DNA of 63,969 nucleotides, the filler included, from Chiloscyllium plagiosum (Eukaryota): assembly GCF_004010195.1 (NCBI RefSeq). It is 6 parts of one record of this genome, joined end to end, with 100 filler letters (N's around TTAATTAATTAA, not from the genome) between each part and the next. Parts side by side here need not be neighbours in the genome. Positions count along the whole stretch, not along the records: positions 27,858 to 39,677 come from NC_057715.1; positions 39,778 to 53,395 come from NC_057715.1; 4 more parts are not named here. The stretch is one strand, 5' to 3'. Both the position numbers and the translations under genes were made by a program. Each line of letters starts with the position of its first letter. The stretch's first letter is position 1. Shown piece after piece: positions 39,108 through 51,105 of this stretch. The notes under the pieces were generated by a model. The model saw only the letters and a list, made by a program, of their open reading frames with translations. It searched no databases and was not told where the DNA came from.

Positions 39108-39677
39108 GGGGCATGGAACCCAGACTGTAGCTTTAGGGTGCAGGACCTGGAGTGTAGGGAGGTTAGGAACATGGCATCAATTTCAAAGGAGGGTGCCTGT
39201 AAACAGGAAAGTGGCTTGAAGTGTGTATTCTTCAATGCAAGAAGTATACAAAATAAGGTAGGTGAACTTGCAGCGTGGGTTGGTACCTGGGACTTCGATG
39301 TTGTGGCTATTACGGAGACATGGGTAGAACAGGGACAAGATTGGCTGTTGCAGGTTCCAGGGTTTAAATGTTTTAGTAGAGTCAGAGGTGGGGTAAAAGA
39401 GGGGGAGGTGTGGCATTGCTTGTCAAAGATAGTATTACAGCTGTGGAAAGGACAATGGATGAAGACTCGCCATCTGAGGCAGTTTGGGCTGAGGTTAGGA
39501 ATAGGAAAGGTGAGGTCACCCTGTTAGGAGTATTTTACAGGCCTCCTAATAGTCCTAGAAACGTAGAAGAAACGATTGCGAGGATGATTCAAGAGAAGAG
39601 TGAAAGTAATAGGGTGGTTGTCATTGGGTCTTTAACTTTCCAGATATTGAATGGGAAAGCTATAGCTCGAGTTCGTT
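39108..39677 (+). mobile_element. CR1 ORF2 endonuclease start, running into a gap
   Basis: FNARSIQNK...VAITETW...GVFYRPP. Confidence 0.9.
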
Positions 39678-39777
39678 NNNNNNNNNNNNNNNNNNNNNNN
39701 NNNNNNNNNNNNNNNNNNNNNTTAATTAATTAANNNNNNNNNNNNNNNNNNNNNNNNNNNNNNNNNNNNNNNNNNNN

Positions 39778-40285
39778 GAGCAGGGAGAGACTGGAAACAT
39801 GGAGCAGGGAGAGAACTGGAAGCATGGAGCAGAGAGACTGGAAACATGGAGCAGGGAGAGACTGGAAACATGGAGCAGGGAGAGAACTGGAAACATGGAG
39901 CGGAGAGACTGGAAACATGGAGCAGGGAGACTGGAAACATGGAGCAGGGAGAGACTGGAAACATGGAGCAGGGAGTCTGGAAACATGGAGCAGGGAGAGA
40001 TTGGAAACATGGAGCAGGGCGACTGGAAACATGGAGCAGGGAGACTGGAAACATGGAGCAGAGAGAGAACTGGAAACATGGAGCGGGGAGAGACTGGAAA
40101 CATGGAGCAGGGAAACTGGAAACATGGAGCAGGGAGAGACTGGAAACATGTAGCAGAGAGAGAACTGGAAACATGGAGCAGGGAGAACTGGAAACATGGA
40201 GCGTGGAGATAACTGGAAACATGGAGCAGGGAGAATGGAAACATGGAGCAGGGAGAGACTGGAAACATGGAGCAGGGAGAACTGG
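39778..40285. repeat. Minisatellite, 22-26 bp unit ACTGGAAACATGGAGCAGGGAG(AG)n
   Basis: About 21 tandem copies; explains the repetitive six-frame ORFs. Confidence 0.95.
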
Positions 40286-41534
40286 AAGGATGAAGCGGAG
40301 CAGAGTGACAGAAGGCTGGAGTGGAGCAAGGACAGTTGTTGCACAGGTGGACTGTTGCATGTGGTCAGTGGCTGTCAGCCTGGTCAGACCACATGTGGAA
40401 GGCCACTGCACTGATCTACTGCAATGTCATGTTTATCCGTAATCTCTTTATCTGATTGTAATGTTCATCGTTTTAACATTATTTCTTACTTTCTAACCTA
40501 TAATGTGAATCACTGTAATGTTCTCTTATTTAGTTTTCTATTTTCTATTTCAGATTTATACCTAGGAACTTTGTAGCGAAGACGGCACAGTGGGAGGTGA
40601 CATTGTAACTTTTCACTGTGCCCCTGTTCTTCTGTATTTGAGTACACATGACAATAAACCTAATTCTAATTCTATTACCCTGTTAACATTAACCTCCAGG
40701 CCTTCAAGCGTATATACGGAGTTTCCACTTGCGCCATCAAAGTGCAGTATTTTTGGCTGCATAATATTGTTGCTGACCTCAGAATGTTAACCTCCCAGAT
40801 CGACATAAACAGATATAATGATACTACATGGGCAGAGAAAGGTAATGTTCTCAGTGATCTGATTAATTCACACCCTTCAACCAACATTACCTCAAACCAG
40901 GTCAACTCATCATTTATCTCCCACTTGGTCTGAGACAATTGACTACCACATTGCAACATTTCTGTGAATGTGAAAAATGTAATATAAGTTCAAGATTTTG
41001 CTTCACACATTATTGGAAACAAGTAACATTAATTAGACTTGAAAGTCACAAATGAATACCTCCAACTTATAAAACAGAAGATAGAAATAATTGCTCAGAG
41101 GATTGACTTAATGCAATTTCAATTATTGAATGTCACATTGAAAGCTTGTTTCAGTAATAGTCACTAAATCAACTTCAATCAATTGTTGTGATAACAGGAG
41201 GGATCACTGGACCTGAAACGTTAACTCTAATTTCTCTTCACAGATGCTGGCAGACCTGCTGAGCTTTTCCAGCAACTTCTGTTTTTGTTTCTGATTTACA
41301 ATAACTGCATTTCTTTCGGTTTTTCAGTTGCAATAACCTATCTGGTTCAGAAATGCCCTTTAGGGAAGGTAAACAGCAATTCTTATCTGGTCCAGCCTAG
41401 GGTCTCTCTATGCTGATAGCAAAATATTGACTTTCAACTTCCCTCTGTAATGGCCTCATGTTGAATTACAGTTAGAGTTTGGCAACAAATGCTGACCTTG
41501 TCAGTGATGCCCACATTTGTGACAAAAAGTTATT

Positions 41535-42240
41535 TGTAATGATTTGTTTTTTTGAAGAAAGTTTGTAAGGGAGAGGTGCTGACTTGGCTACTGAAGATGT
41601 TATGGAGTTATAGAGTTGTACAGCACAGAAACAGACCCTTCAGTTCAACTTGTCCATGCCGACCTGCCTTAAGTAAACAGCTAGTGAGGTCTTTAGTTTT
41701 TTTTTTAAATTTGGAACAATGGAAACAGCCTGGATGGGTGTGACAAGCTCTCACAGATCCAGATTTCTAGATTTTAGTTAACTCAGTAACATCAGAAGCC
41801 TTCTGGGGTCTGAAAAGAGTTGGAGGCTTCAGTTAATTGGCTGCTATTCTCTCTGAACCTTCTCTTGATGTTTTTCCTTCGGGATTGGAGAACTGCATGT
41901 AAGAATCTGTGTCTAAATTTGCCTTTTTGCCAAGGGGCGTGTTTATGGAATGTTATTATATTGTAACAGTTAAGTAGTAATAATTAATAGTAATGGGTGC
42001 TGTATTTATTATTGAGTTAGGTTTTCCAATAGTTAAGTTATTCCAAATTCCTCTTTCTTTTGTTTGCATTTTAACTATAATACTTAAATAAATTCTGTTT
42101 TGCTTAATATTGAGTAGTTTGACCAGTCACATTTTATCTGGAACACAACACTTCACATTTACCTTTAAAATAAGAAAATGTTAGGGTCTATGCTACCTTC
42201 TTAAAATATTTGAAGGGGTCTGGTCTGGTCTGGTCTACCA
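41535..42240 (+). mobile_element. Probable solo Gypsy-type LTR
   Basis: Ends AATAAATTCTGTTT...TTAGGGTCTATGCTACC...GGGGTCTGGTCTGG, resembling the U5 of the 20304 LTR. Confidence 0.55.
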
Positions 42241-43044
42241 AATGAAAGAATATGGAAAATAATAAAAAAAAGGACAGATTAATGATCCAGGTCCTCATGT
42301 TTACAGGTGAAGTCAAAGTGAGTGGAGAGTCAATGCCTGGAACTAAAGGAGATTTGAATAACTGAGGTTAGCTAAACAAGTAGTGGGTTAGGATTCAACA
42401 CAACTGAGTCTAAAGTAAAAAGATTTGGTGGTAAATATTTATGGATGATACAACATTTGGGAGTGTTATAAACTGTAAAGAGGACATAACATATACGAAG
42501 ATATTGGTGGAGTGGGCAGATAGATGGCAGACGAAGTTCAATGCAGAAAAATGTGAGGTGATACATTTTGGAAGAAAGGAAATAGAGAATGGAACCAAGA
42601 GACATGTGCACAAGACACTAATGTGGCTGGTTAGATGGAGACACCAGTCAATATAATATAGTGTATCATAAGTTTTATTTGTAGGGTATAGAGCAGGGTG
42701 GTTGTGCTGAAACTGTATAAAACACTATTTAATGCTCTACTGGAAGATTATGTACAGGGATTTAGACAGAGCAAATTGGGGAAAAATGTTTCTGCTGATA
42801 AATAGATTGGGAATGAGAGAGTATAGATATCAGGCCATTTACAAAAGAAGCAAATGTGATGTCAGACAAATATTTTAACATAATTTGTGGTTTGGGTCTG
42901 GAATGGACTGCTTAGAACTGCAATCGACAGGTTCAACTGAGGCATTGAAGAGGACATTACAGGTGATTATTTGAGTGGAAGCAATATTCAGCGTTTGGGG
43001 TAAAAGGCAGGAGAATGGCACTCAGTCAGAATGCTCATTCAGTG

Positions 43045-43378
43045 AATCATAGAATCCCTGCAGTGTGGAAGCAGGCCATTCGGCCCAACAAATCCACACT
43101 GAACCTCAGAAGAGCATTCCACTCAGACCCAAATCCCTATCCTAGTCCTGTCACCCTACACTTATCCACCTAGCCTGCACATCCTTGAACACTTTGAGCA
43201 AGTTAGCATGGCCAATCCACCTGACCTGTACATCTTTGGACTGTGGGAGGAAACCGGAGCACCTGGAGGAAACCCACGCAGGCACGAGGAGAATGTGCAA
43301 ACTCTGCACAGACAGTCACTGAGGCTGGAATTAAATCCAGGTCGCTGGCGCTATAAGACTGCAGTGCTAACCACTGTT
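43045..43378 (-). mobile_element. HE1-type SINE
   Basis: Homologous to the other copies. Confidence 0.8.
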
Positions 43379-43757
43379 CTGTACTGTTTGCTATACATTC
43401 TATGTTCTTTGACACCGTGGTGAAGACATGTTGGCCTGAATGACCTAATTTTGCACTGTAACAATTCTGTGATTTAACATGTGATGGAATTGTGGATCGA
43501 ACAACAAGTGGATCCTTCTCAGTAAAGAGAAGACTTTGTTTGCAGATTCCCAGTAAAGAACTTGATAGATAGTTTTGAAAGGGAGCTTAGATGGAATTTC
43601 CTACCTTGCACTGTTATTAAGAGTTGTATTAAGTCGCTAGGAGTACATACATTTTTATCAGTGGCTACTAATGTTGAATTGCAATTAGGATGTGATACTG
43701 AAAATGTTTATAACTTTCTCCTCAAACCATTTATTTTTGTTATTTATCATTTAACAG

Positions 43758-43915
43758 CCGACCTTAATCCGCCGACCAACCTCACGATTGTGGATAGACA
43801 GCTTGGGGAAGTGACAATTTCTTGGAATGATGGCCTCAGTGAAATCATAAAGCAGCATAGATGCATTAGATATCCATTTGAATACAAGTACTTTGATTCT
43901 CACACTTGGCAAGAA
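43758..43915 (+). CDS. Class I cytokine receptor alpha chain (IL13RA2/IL13RA1/IL5RA-like), exon encoding first half of FNIII domain 1
   Basis: ttaacag| acceptor, |gtaag donor; 158 nt, phase 1 to 0; DLNPPTNLTIVDRQLGEVTISWNDGLSEIIKQHRCIRYPFEYKYFDSHTWQE resembles IL13RA2 D1 (NPP..IVD..LG...W...C..Y..Y...S.TW). Confidence 0.9.
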
Positions 43916-44220
43916 GTAAGATTTAGATATTTTCTCTCCGTGTCAAAATCTAATTCCAACATGCTGTAGTTTATTACGAACTTTCACTTGGGAGCAAAAC
44001 AGGAATGTGGTTATGGAGAATTCGCTTTCTGCGCTTCCCAGAAATGCTCCTGTCTCCCTTTAAGAGATTGATGGCCAATAATTGTGAAACGTCTGCAGAT
44101 GCTACATTTAATTGGCAGGGAAAAAAGATATAGCATTTTAGTCTTTAATATTTCTTGCCCTTTCTGGGCAAACACAACTGAGTTTGGAAATTCAGAAGCA
44201 TGAAGGAATCCATGCTGTCA

Positions 44221-45017
44221 ATGTGGTCTCCTCTATATTGCAGAGACAAAATGCCGACTGGGTGATCGCTTTGCTGAGCACCTTCGGTCTGGACGCAATC
44301 AGATCCCGGGCCTTCCCGTTCCTTGCCACTTGAACACACAATCCTGCTCCCATGCCCACATGTCTGTCCTGGGCCTGCTGCGATGTTCCAGTGAAGCTCA
44401 ACGCAAACTGGAGGAACAGCATCTCATCTTCCGACGAGGCACGTTACAGCCTGCCGGTCTCAACATTGAGTTCAACAACTTCAGATGATTATCCCATCTC
44501 GACCCCTCTGTTTTCATTCTGCTCTGTAATTTTATTTCATTTATTTTATATTTTTAAAGTTTTTTTCACTGTTCTGTACCTCTTATTTCTTGATTGTCTC
44601 TCTTTCTCTCGTTCCCCACTCTCTCATCACCTTTTCCCTCTCCTCTTCCCCCTTTGCTACCCTTCTCCCCTGTTTTCCATTTTGCCTCTGTTTCACCCAT
44701 CCCCCCCATATTTTGTCACACAGCACTGGCTTCAGCCTTGGTCATTCACAGCTCCTAACCTCCCTATAATCTCTCTATACACTGTCATTATCACCCCTTA
44801 ATTGCTACCTTTGCTTCTGGAGCCATGACTCACCTTCTCTCAGCCTCGTATAAATACCTCCCTATTCCTCCCAATTTTTTAACTTTGACAAAGGGTCAGT
44901 TAGACTCGAAATGTCAGCTCTTTTCTCTCCTTACAGATGCTGCCAGACCTGCTGAGATTTTCCAGCATTTTCTCTTTTGGTTTCAGATTCTAGCATCCGC
45001 AGTAATTTGCTTTTATC
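44221..45017 (+). mobile_element. Penelope-like element 3' fragment (GIY-YIG plus decayed hammerhead, family D)
   Basis: Open frame 44222-44488 CGLLYIAETKCRLGDRFAEHL...RKLEEQHLIFR.GTLQPAGLNIEFNNFR*; TTGACAAAGGGTCAGTTAGACTCGAAATGTCAGC at ~44885; 11-bp TSD CCATGCTGTCA at 44210-44220 and 45018-45028. Confidence 0.88.
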
Positions 45018-46489
45018 CCATGCTGTCAGGGTTATTTTATGTCCCAGCTACCACTACCCAGGAATGATGCAGGCACAATGTCAATAAGACAAAGGTAAAA
45101 ATCACACAACATCAGCTTATCGTCCTACGGGTTTAATTAGAAGCACTAACTTTTTGAGCAGCGCTCCAAAAGCTAGTGCTTCCAAAAAAAAAACCTGTTG
45201 GACTATAACCTGGTGTTGTGTCACTTTTACCGTTGTACACCCCAGTCCAACACCGGCACCTCCAAAATATGACAAAGGGTCAGCCATAGTGTCATGTTAC
45301 ATAGTTTTATCACATAGTTACACTGGTCAGCCATAAAGCTGTGAGGATAATCACTTTAACCTCAGTAATGGGGAAGCATTTCAACACTAACATTTGGGAT
45401 AAAATTAAGCATCATTTTAGCAAACTCGGATGAGTGAACAAAATCAAGTGTAAATTATATATGGACAGATTGTGTTTAATAAACCTGACTGAGTTTTTTG
45501 AGGCGGTCACAGAGAGGGCAGATGAGAGTAATGCAGCAATGTGATGGACATGGGCATTTGATAATGGCAAAAAATTGCTGGAATGTGTTGAAAAGTACAA
45601 GATGAAATGGAATGTGGACAACATGTGAAATGAATGACAGCGAAGTAAAATAAAATAATGGATAACATTCTGAAGGCTCTAGAATTATTGATGTTCAAAT
45701 TTATTAAAGATGACAAGACAGACTGAGAGAGCAGTTAATCAAGCCTACATGACCATAGAGTTTCAGATGTGGTCTGTAAAAGCAAGGACATTATGACAAA
45801 CCTTTATATATCCAGAATAAATACAACACCTATTTTGTCGAATGGATTCCCAATAAAGTTAAGGTGGATGTTGGTAACATCACACTTCAAGATATCTGCC
45901 ACCTTTATTTGCAGCATTACAGCTATGCAGGATCTGTTTAAACACATCTCTGAATAGTTTACTGCCATGTTAAAGCATAAAGCAATGGTACACTGGATGA
46001 GATGGAGCTTACTTAGGCTGAGAGCAACATGAATGGCCTAGTTTCTGAGTCCCAACAATATCAGGACACTAGAATTGGAGATGAAGGTGAATTTGAAAAA
46101 GAGGGTGAGGAAGAGGCTGCATAAATAGAATTGCATGTTTTGAATTTTTAAACATGTTTTCTTTGTTGCATTAAGACCTGTTTCTGAAGTTTGTCTTGTT
46201 TCCTGTTCTGTGGTTTCATATTTTCTGATTCGTTTTAACTACTGGTTTTGTTTTGAATAAAAATTGTTGACAGTAATTTTAAAAAAAATGGTTCACCCAC
46301 ATCAGGAGAATGTGGTCCAGTTCTGAGTAGCACACTACATAAAGGTATGACAGGATTAAGGAAAAGATTTAAGGAATTGTTCCAGTGATGAAGAAGTTTG
46401 GTAATGTGGATAGATTGGAGAAATAAGTCTACTCTCTTTGGGGAGAATCTCCTTCAGTACAAGCTGAAAAGCCCGGTTAGGGTGGGGAG

Positions 46490-46582
46490 AGCTGAAAATG
46501 TGTTTCTGGAAAAGCGCAGCAGGTCAGGCAGCATCCAAGGAACAGGAGAATCGACGTTTCGGGCATAAGCCCTTCTTCAGGA
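46490..46582 (-). mobile_element. Family A short element with intact hammerhead core
   Basis: Minus strand CTGAAGAAGGGCTTATGCCCGAAACGTCGAT. Confidence 0.8.
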
Positions 46583-47137
46583 AGAGACAAACTGTTCTTA
46601 AAAGGTTCAACAATCATGAACTAGAGATTCAAGGTGATTGATTTAAAAAAAAACTGATGAAATGAGAGTTCTTTTGAATCCATTGAGTGGTTAGAATGCG
46701 AACTGCACAGGCTGAGGGTGTGGTGGTGGGAAGTCTAATCGTGCCTTCAAGAGAGAATTGGATCTTTGTCTGAATAGAAAAGAAAAATTGCAAGGCTACT
46801 GAAAAAAGATGACACGAGAGAGGGAGAATTGCTATGGTAAAGAGTTGGCACAGACACAATGGATCGAAGTGCTGTAATCATTCTATTCTACAATCATATA
46901 ATAACTGAGGTCCAGCTCAAGTTCAAATCACCACTTGTGTTTCTCTAAAGCCAGTACTGACAATCATGGAGATGCACGGTCTCCCCATTGTTTAACTTTA
47001 GAGGACTGTGACACCCTTATAAAATGCAACCTACGCCTTGAACTATTTAGCAAAGTGTAGGAACACAATGAAAATGTGACTGATTGGATGACTTCAAACA
47101 ACAGTAATTACACAAATTGTTCTAACTTCTATCATAG

Positions 47138-47285
47138 GATTCCAGGCTTCTGCAACCAGAATATATGAAAAGATTTGAATTGCACAGGGGTGTTTACATA
47201 CGAGTTAAAAATGTGCTTCTGGATGAACACAAAAGAACAATAAAAGAAAGCAACTGGACAGTAATGGACATTCAACCACCACCTG
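47138..47285 (+). CDS. Cytokine receptor exon, second half of FNIII domain 1
   Basis: atcatag| ... G|gtatgg; 148 nt, phase 0 to 1; DSRLLQPEYMKRFELHRGVYIRVKNVLLDEHKRTIKESNWTVMDIQPPP(G), with the L.+G, S.W and PPG motifs of IL13R/IL5R D1. Confidence 0.9.
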
Positions 47286-47313
47286 GTATGGGGGTGGGGA
47301 GGGGGGTGCAGAT

Positions 47314-47550
47314 TTGTGTATTGTGTATGTGTGTGTTTGAGAGAGAGAGAAAACGTGAGTGTGTGTCTATGTATGCTTGGTAAAGTGTGTATGCGAGTGT
47401 GACGGATTATATGTGTGTGTGTTTGTTAGTGTGTTTATGTGTGTGTGTCTGAGAGAGAGCGTGTGTATGAGAGAGGGTCTGTGTGAGTGTGTTTGTGAGT
47501 GAGAGTGTGCGTATATGTGTTCATGTGTGTGAGTATGTGTGTCAGAGTGT
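47314..47550. repeat. Degenerate (TG)n/(GA)n microsatellite
   Basis: Directly visible. Confidence 0.85.
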
Positions 47551-47870
47551 ATAGTGTATTGGGGTCACCTGTAGTGTGATATGAATCCAATATCCTGGTT
47601 GAGGCCTTCCTCATGAACTTGGCTATCAGCCTCTGCTGGAACAGTGTCAGTGAAACTTAGATTGCACCAGAAATGTGGGCTGGAATCTTGGCGATTTTTA
47701 AATGATTCTGGAATCATTCTAACTCTCAGAAAATTTGGGCCAGAGTCATTACATAGCAGAAAGAAGTCCTTTGAGTCCATGCCAGTTCTCGAGAGAACAA
47801 TTCATGTTTTATTTTTCATTACTCCCCATCCCTCTAAGTTTATTTCCTTGTTTAAAAATGTTATTAATTT

Positions 47871-48659
47871 TGTTACGACACTGTGGTGAACCCTCCTGGT
47901 AATTAAACCAAACATCCAGAAAAGCTCACCTTGTCTCATAATCTGTTAAAATATGGGTGACAGAGAATTCCTAAATTCCACTATTTTAAGAAAATAACAT
48001 CAACTTATTTTTTAACTCTAAAAGTGAACATTAAACAATTATTCACAACTCTAAGCCTCCCTTTCTCTTAACTTATTAGTTGCCACCAACTCTATACAAT
48101 ATGCTGTTCCAATAAGAAACTTATTAAAATTACATCAACTTAATTTCAAAACCACCCATCTGCTGTCATCTTCTGTGTCTTTCATCTTTCATTTGAAGAT
48201 CTCCCAGGGTCATCTTCTTTCTTTTTACTGCTAGTATGTTTCATATAAGAAAGGTACCTTTAATACAGATTGCCTCCTAATCTCATGGGAAGCAAGGTGT
48301 TAGCTATCTATGCATTTCTGTCTCAACGGCAGTTGCTCTCTGACCAATTTTCAAAATGTTTGCATTTTACACTTTCGCAACATCGGATCGTCTCATTGGT
48401 TCGATGTTGGCAAAACAATAAATTCAAACTCAATTGGGTTTTAGCATCCTGGGGTATAATTTAAATTGATTGGTTAAATTCAAATTGCTCTCAGAACAGC
48501 AGCTAAAACTCTGGAATCCATTTCACTGCCAAATGTTACATTTTTTCAATTTTCCAGTACACACTGGGATTGTCATCTAGTCAGGTGCTTGTAAGCTCTC
48601 AGTTCAGACAGCATTTGCTCTCTCTTAAAGGTACAGTACATACCTTAACTTCATAATCA
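47871..48659 (-). mobile_element. Probable solo LTR
   Basis: TGTTACGAC...TTCATAATCA termini, ~790 bp non-coding, minus-strand AATAAA-like signal near 48005. Confidence 0.5.
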
Positions 48660-49858
48660 TTTTAATCTTCAATATTTTCATTAAAAATTTATAATTATTC
48701 ATCATCTCCATTTTTAGCACCTTTGAAGGCATTACACGCCAGATGATTATTTCCTCGCATTCCCACACCCTTTCTCACTTCTCCAAAGCTTTAATTATGT
48801 CCCTTAATCCAACTACCATTAGTTAATAAGAACAACTGTACTTCATCTGTTTTACCTGACACTGCCAAAAGATTACCCAACTCTCTCTAATCTCCCCTCA
48901 ATCTGCTTTACTCTGAGGAGAATAAGCCCAGCCTCTTCAACCTAACTTTCCATCATCACTGGAACTACTCTGGTAAATCTCCTTAACACTTTCTTAAGGA
49001 TCCTTCTAAGTTGTGGCGAGCTAGTTAAGAATATGTTGATGTGGTCAAAGCTGAGCTTTCCAAGGGTTTATCTTTGCTTTTGTACACAGCCCTTTATTTA
49101 TTAAGTCCAAGGTCCTTTCTGCTTTTCCAACCGCTCTCTCAATAAGTCCTGCCACCATTAAAGATCAAAGTACTTGGACCACATGGAACCACAATTGTGG
49201 AATATAACATGAGACTGGAACACATGGACAGCCAAAGATCATGAAACAGGGATTCTTCTTCCACTGGCATCAGGTCATTACAAATATGAAATTAAAAATA
49301 AATGTCAAATGATTCACGTGAAATGAGCCTGAGGAAAACCTTTGATGTCTGTCCTTCTTCCATTTCCTGTCAGCTATATTGACACAAATGCACCCATTTC
49401 TCCCATGCGAGAGTCTGTTTCACTGCCCCAGCTCCCCTCCCTAATGATCACCACCAGCTAGAATCAGTCCTGGTGAACTGCTCATTGACCTTGCTCAGGT
49501 CCTCTCTCACCATTGCCACCTACTGTTGGAGGTCTGTTACGTTAAGAAAGCTTCGCACAGCCTTTTCCAAGGCAATAAATGTTGTCCTTGGTTGTAGAAC
49601 ATCATTCCAAGGTCCATATTTTTAAAAATACGTACCTTGTAAAAGCTGGGATTAGAGGGAAATCTATATTAAAGTTTACTTTAAAGCTGAGACCAGTGCA
49701 TTTTCACTCAACATTGCAGTTACGTGTGTTAGATTTAATTTTGAAAGAAAATATCTCTGACAACAATATGTTTAAAAAAAATTTTGTCAACTAAAAATAT
49801 TTCACCGAGCCCCGGACATAAGAAATGATTTAACTAATATCCTGTTTGTATCATGCAG

Positions 49859-49979
49859 GTGATCAAGAAACATTGGCTTTCAATTTCTCATGTGTTCTCT
49901 ATAATCATTCAACCATGAATTGTACATGGAACAGTGGCAGGCAAGCAGCAAATGACACACAATATAAAATGTATTACAG
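49859..49979 (+). CDS. Cytokine receptor exon, first half of domain 2 (first Cys pair, CxW)
   Basis: catgcag| ... AG|gtaag; 121 nt, phase 1 to 2; (G)DQETLAFNFSCVLYNHSTMNCTWNSGRQAANDTQYKMYY(R). Too short to appear in the ORF track. Confidence 0.93.
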
Positions 49980-50677
49980 GTAAGCTCAATTAGGTCTTAT
50001 CTCAATTTTAAGTGAGTGTTCCTTTATTCCGCAACTGTACCTTCTGGAAAAGATTCTTTCCATAGTGTAAACTTCTCGGCATCTTCCCTGTCAGAAACCC
50101 TCAGGATCATATGTATTTCAATAATTTGCTTGTTTAAATTAAAGTGAATAAAGATCTAATTGATATTCTGGGTCTGTACTCAATGGAGATTAGAAGGATG
50201 AGGGGGAGTTTCATTAACGCTTGTGGAATACTAGGAGGGTTGGATAAAGTGGGCATGGAGAAGATGTTTATTCATAGGAGAGAGCAGAATCCTAGAGTAT
50301 AGCATCAGAGTAAAGGGACAAGCCTTTAGAAGTGAGTTGTGGAGGAGTTTCTTTAGGCAGAGAATGGTTAATCTGTGGAACTCATTGCCACAGAAGGCTG
50401 TGGAGGCCTTTGAATGTATTTAAGACAGAGATAGATAAGCTGTTGATTATTAAAGGGATGAAAGGTTGTGGGAATAAGACAAGTGAATGGGGTTGAGGAA
50501 CATATCAGCCATGATTGAATGGCTGACCAGACTCGATGAGCCACAAATAGCAGAATTCTGCTCCAATATCTTCTGGTGCTATGATCTAAGCATCAAATGT
50601 GAGTACATAATAAGTTAAGACATCTTCAAATCCATTGCTAAGGTGTTTACATTAAAGACAAACATTTTCCCTTTAAG

Positions 50678-50853
50678 ACAGAATGATGTAACTCTGCAGT
50701 GTACTCATTATATGGATGTCGATGGGAAAAAGGGATGCCACATTGAACCAGGCACAGTTGATGTCGAGGAGAACATTCTGATATGTGTCAATGGATCGAA
50801 TAGTTCAAGAACGATTCAACAATATTATACAGAATTTGACCCACAGGAATATG
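50678..50853 (+). CDS. Cytokine receptor exon, second half of domain 2 (second Cys pair, ICVNGS)
   Basis: ctttaag| ... G|gtactc; 176 nt, phase 2 to 1; QNDVTLQCTHYMDVDGKKGCHIEPGTVDVEENILICVNGSNSSRTIQQYYTEFDPQEY. Confidence 0.92.
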
Positions 50854-50965
50854 GTACTCACCTGCTCTTTTCTAAGTGCAGTGTTTAAGTTTTGTCAAAT
50901 GTTGCGTTGCTCAATGCATTAAAGGTTGAATTGATTGTGAATAGCTTTGTGTTCTTAACTTTCAG

Positions 50966-51105
50966 AGGTTTACAACCCACCAGTAAACCTTGAGGTTTTG
51001 CCAAACCTGACAGTGAAGTGGGACATGCCTCCCGCCTATGATATTAATATTCATTGCTTTGCGTTTGAACTGAACGTCACCGATCTGGATCAGGGTAGAA
51101 CTGAG
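50966..51105 (+). CDS. Cytokine receptor exon, first half of domain 3
   Basis: ctttcag| ... GAG|gtaaag; 140 nt, phase 1 to 0; (E)VYNPPVNLEVLPNLTVKWDMPPAYDINIHCFAFELNVTDLDQGRTE (PP.NL, W..P, CF.FE). Preceded by a 112-nt intron. Confidence 0.92.

Noticed and set aside
39722..40442. Long repetitive ORFs on both strands (up to 229 aa) and a CRISPR-like periodic look
   Set aside because: Pure minisatellite with no unique spacers; the ORFs arise because the unit lacks stop codons.
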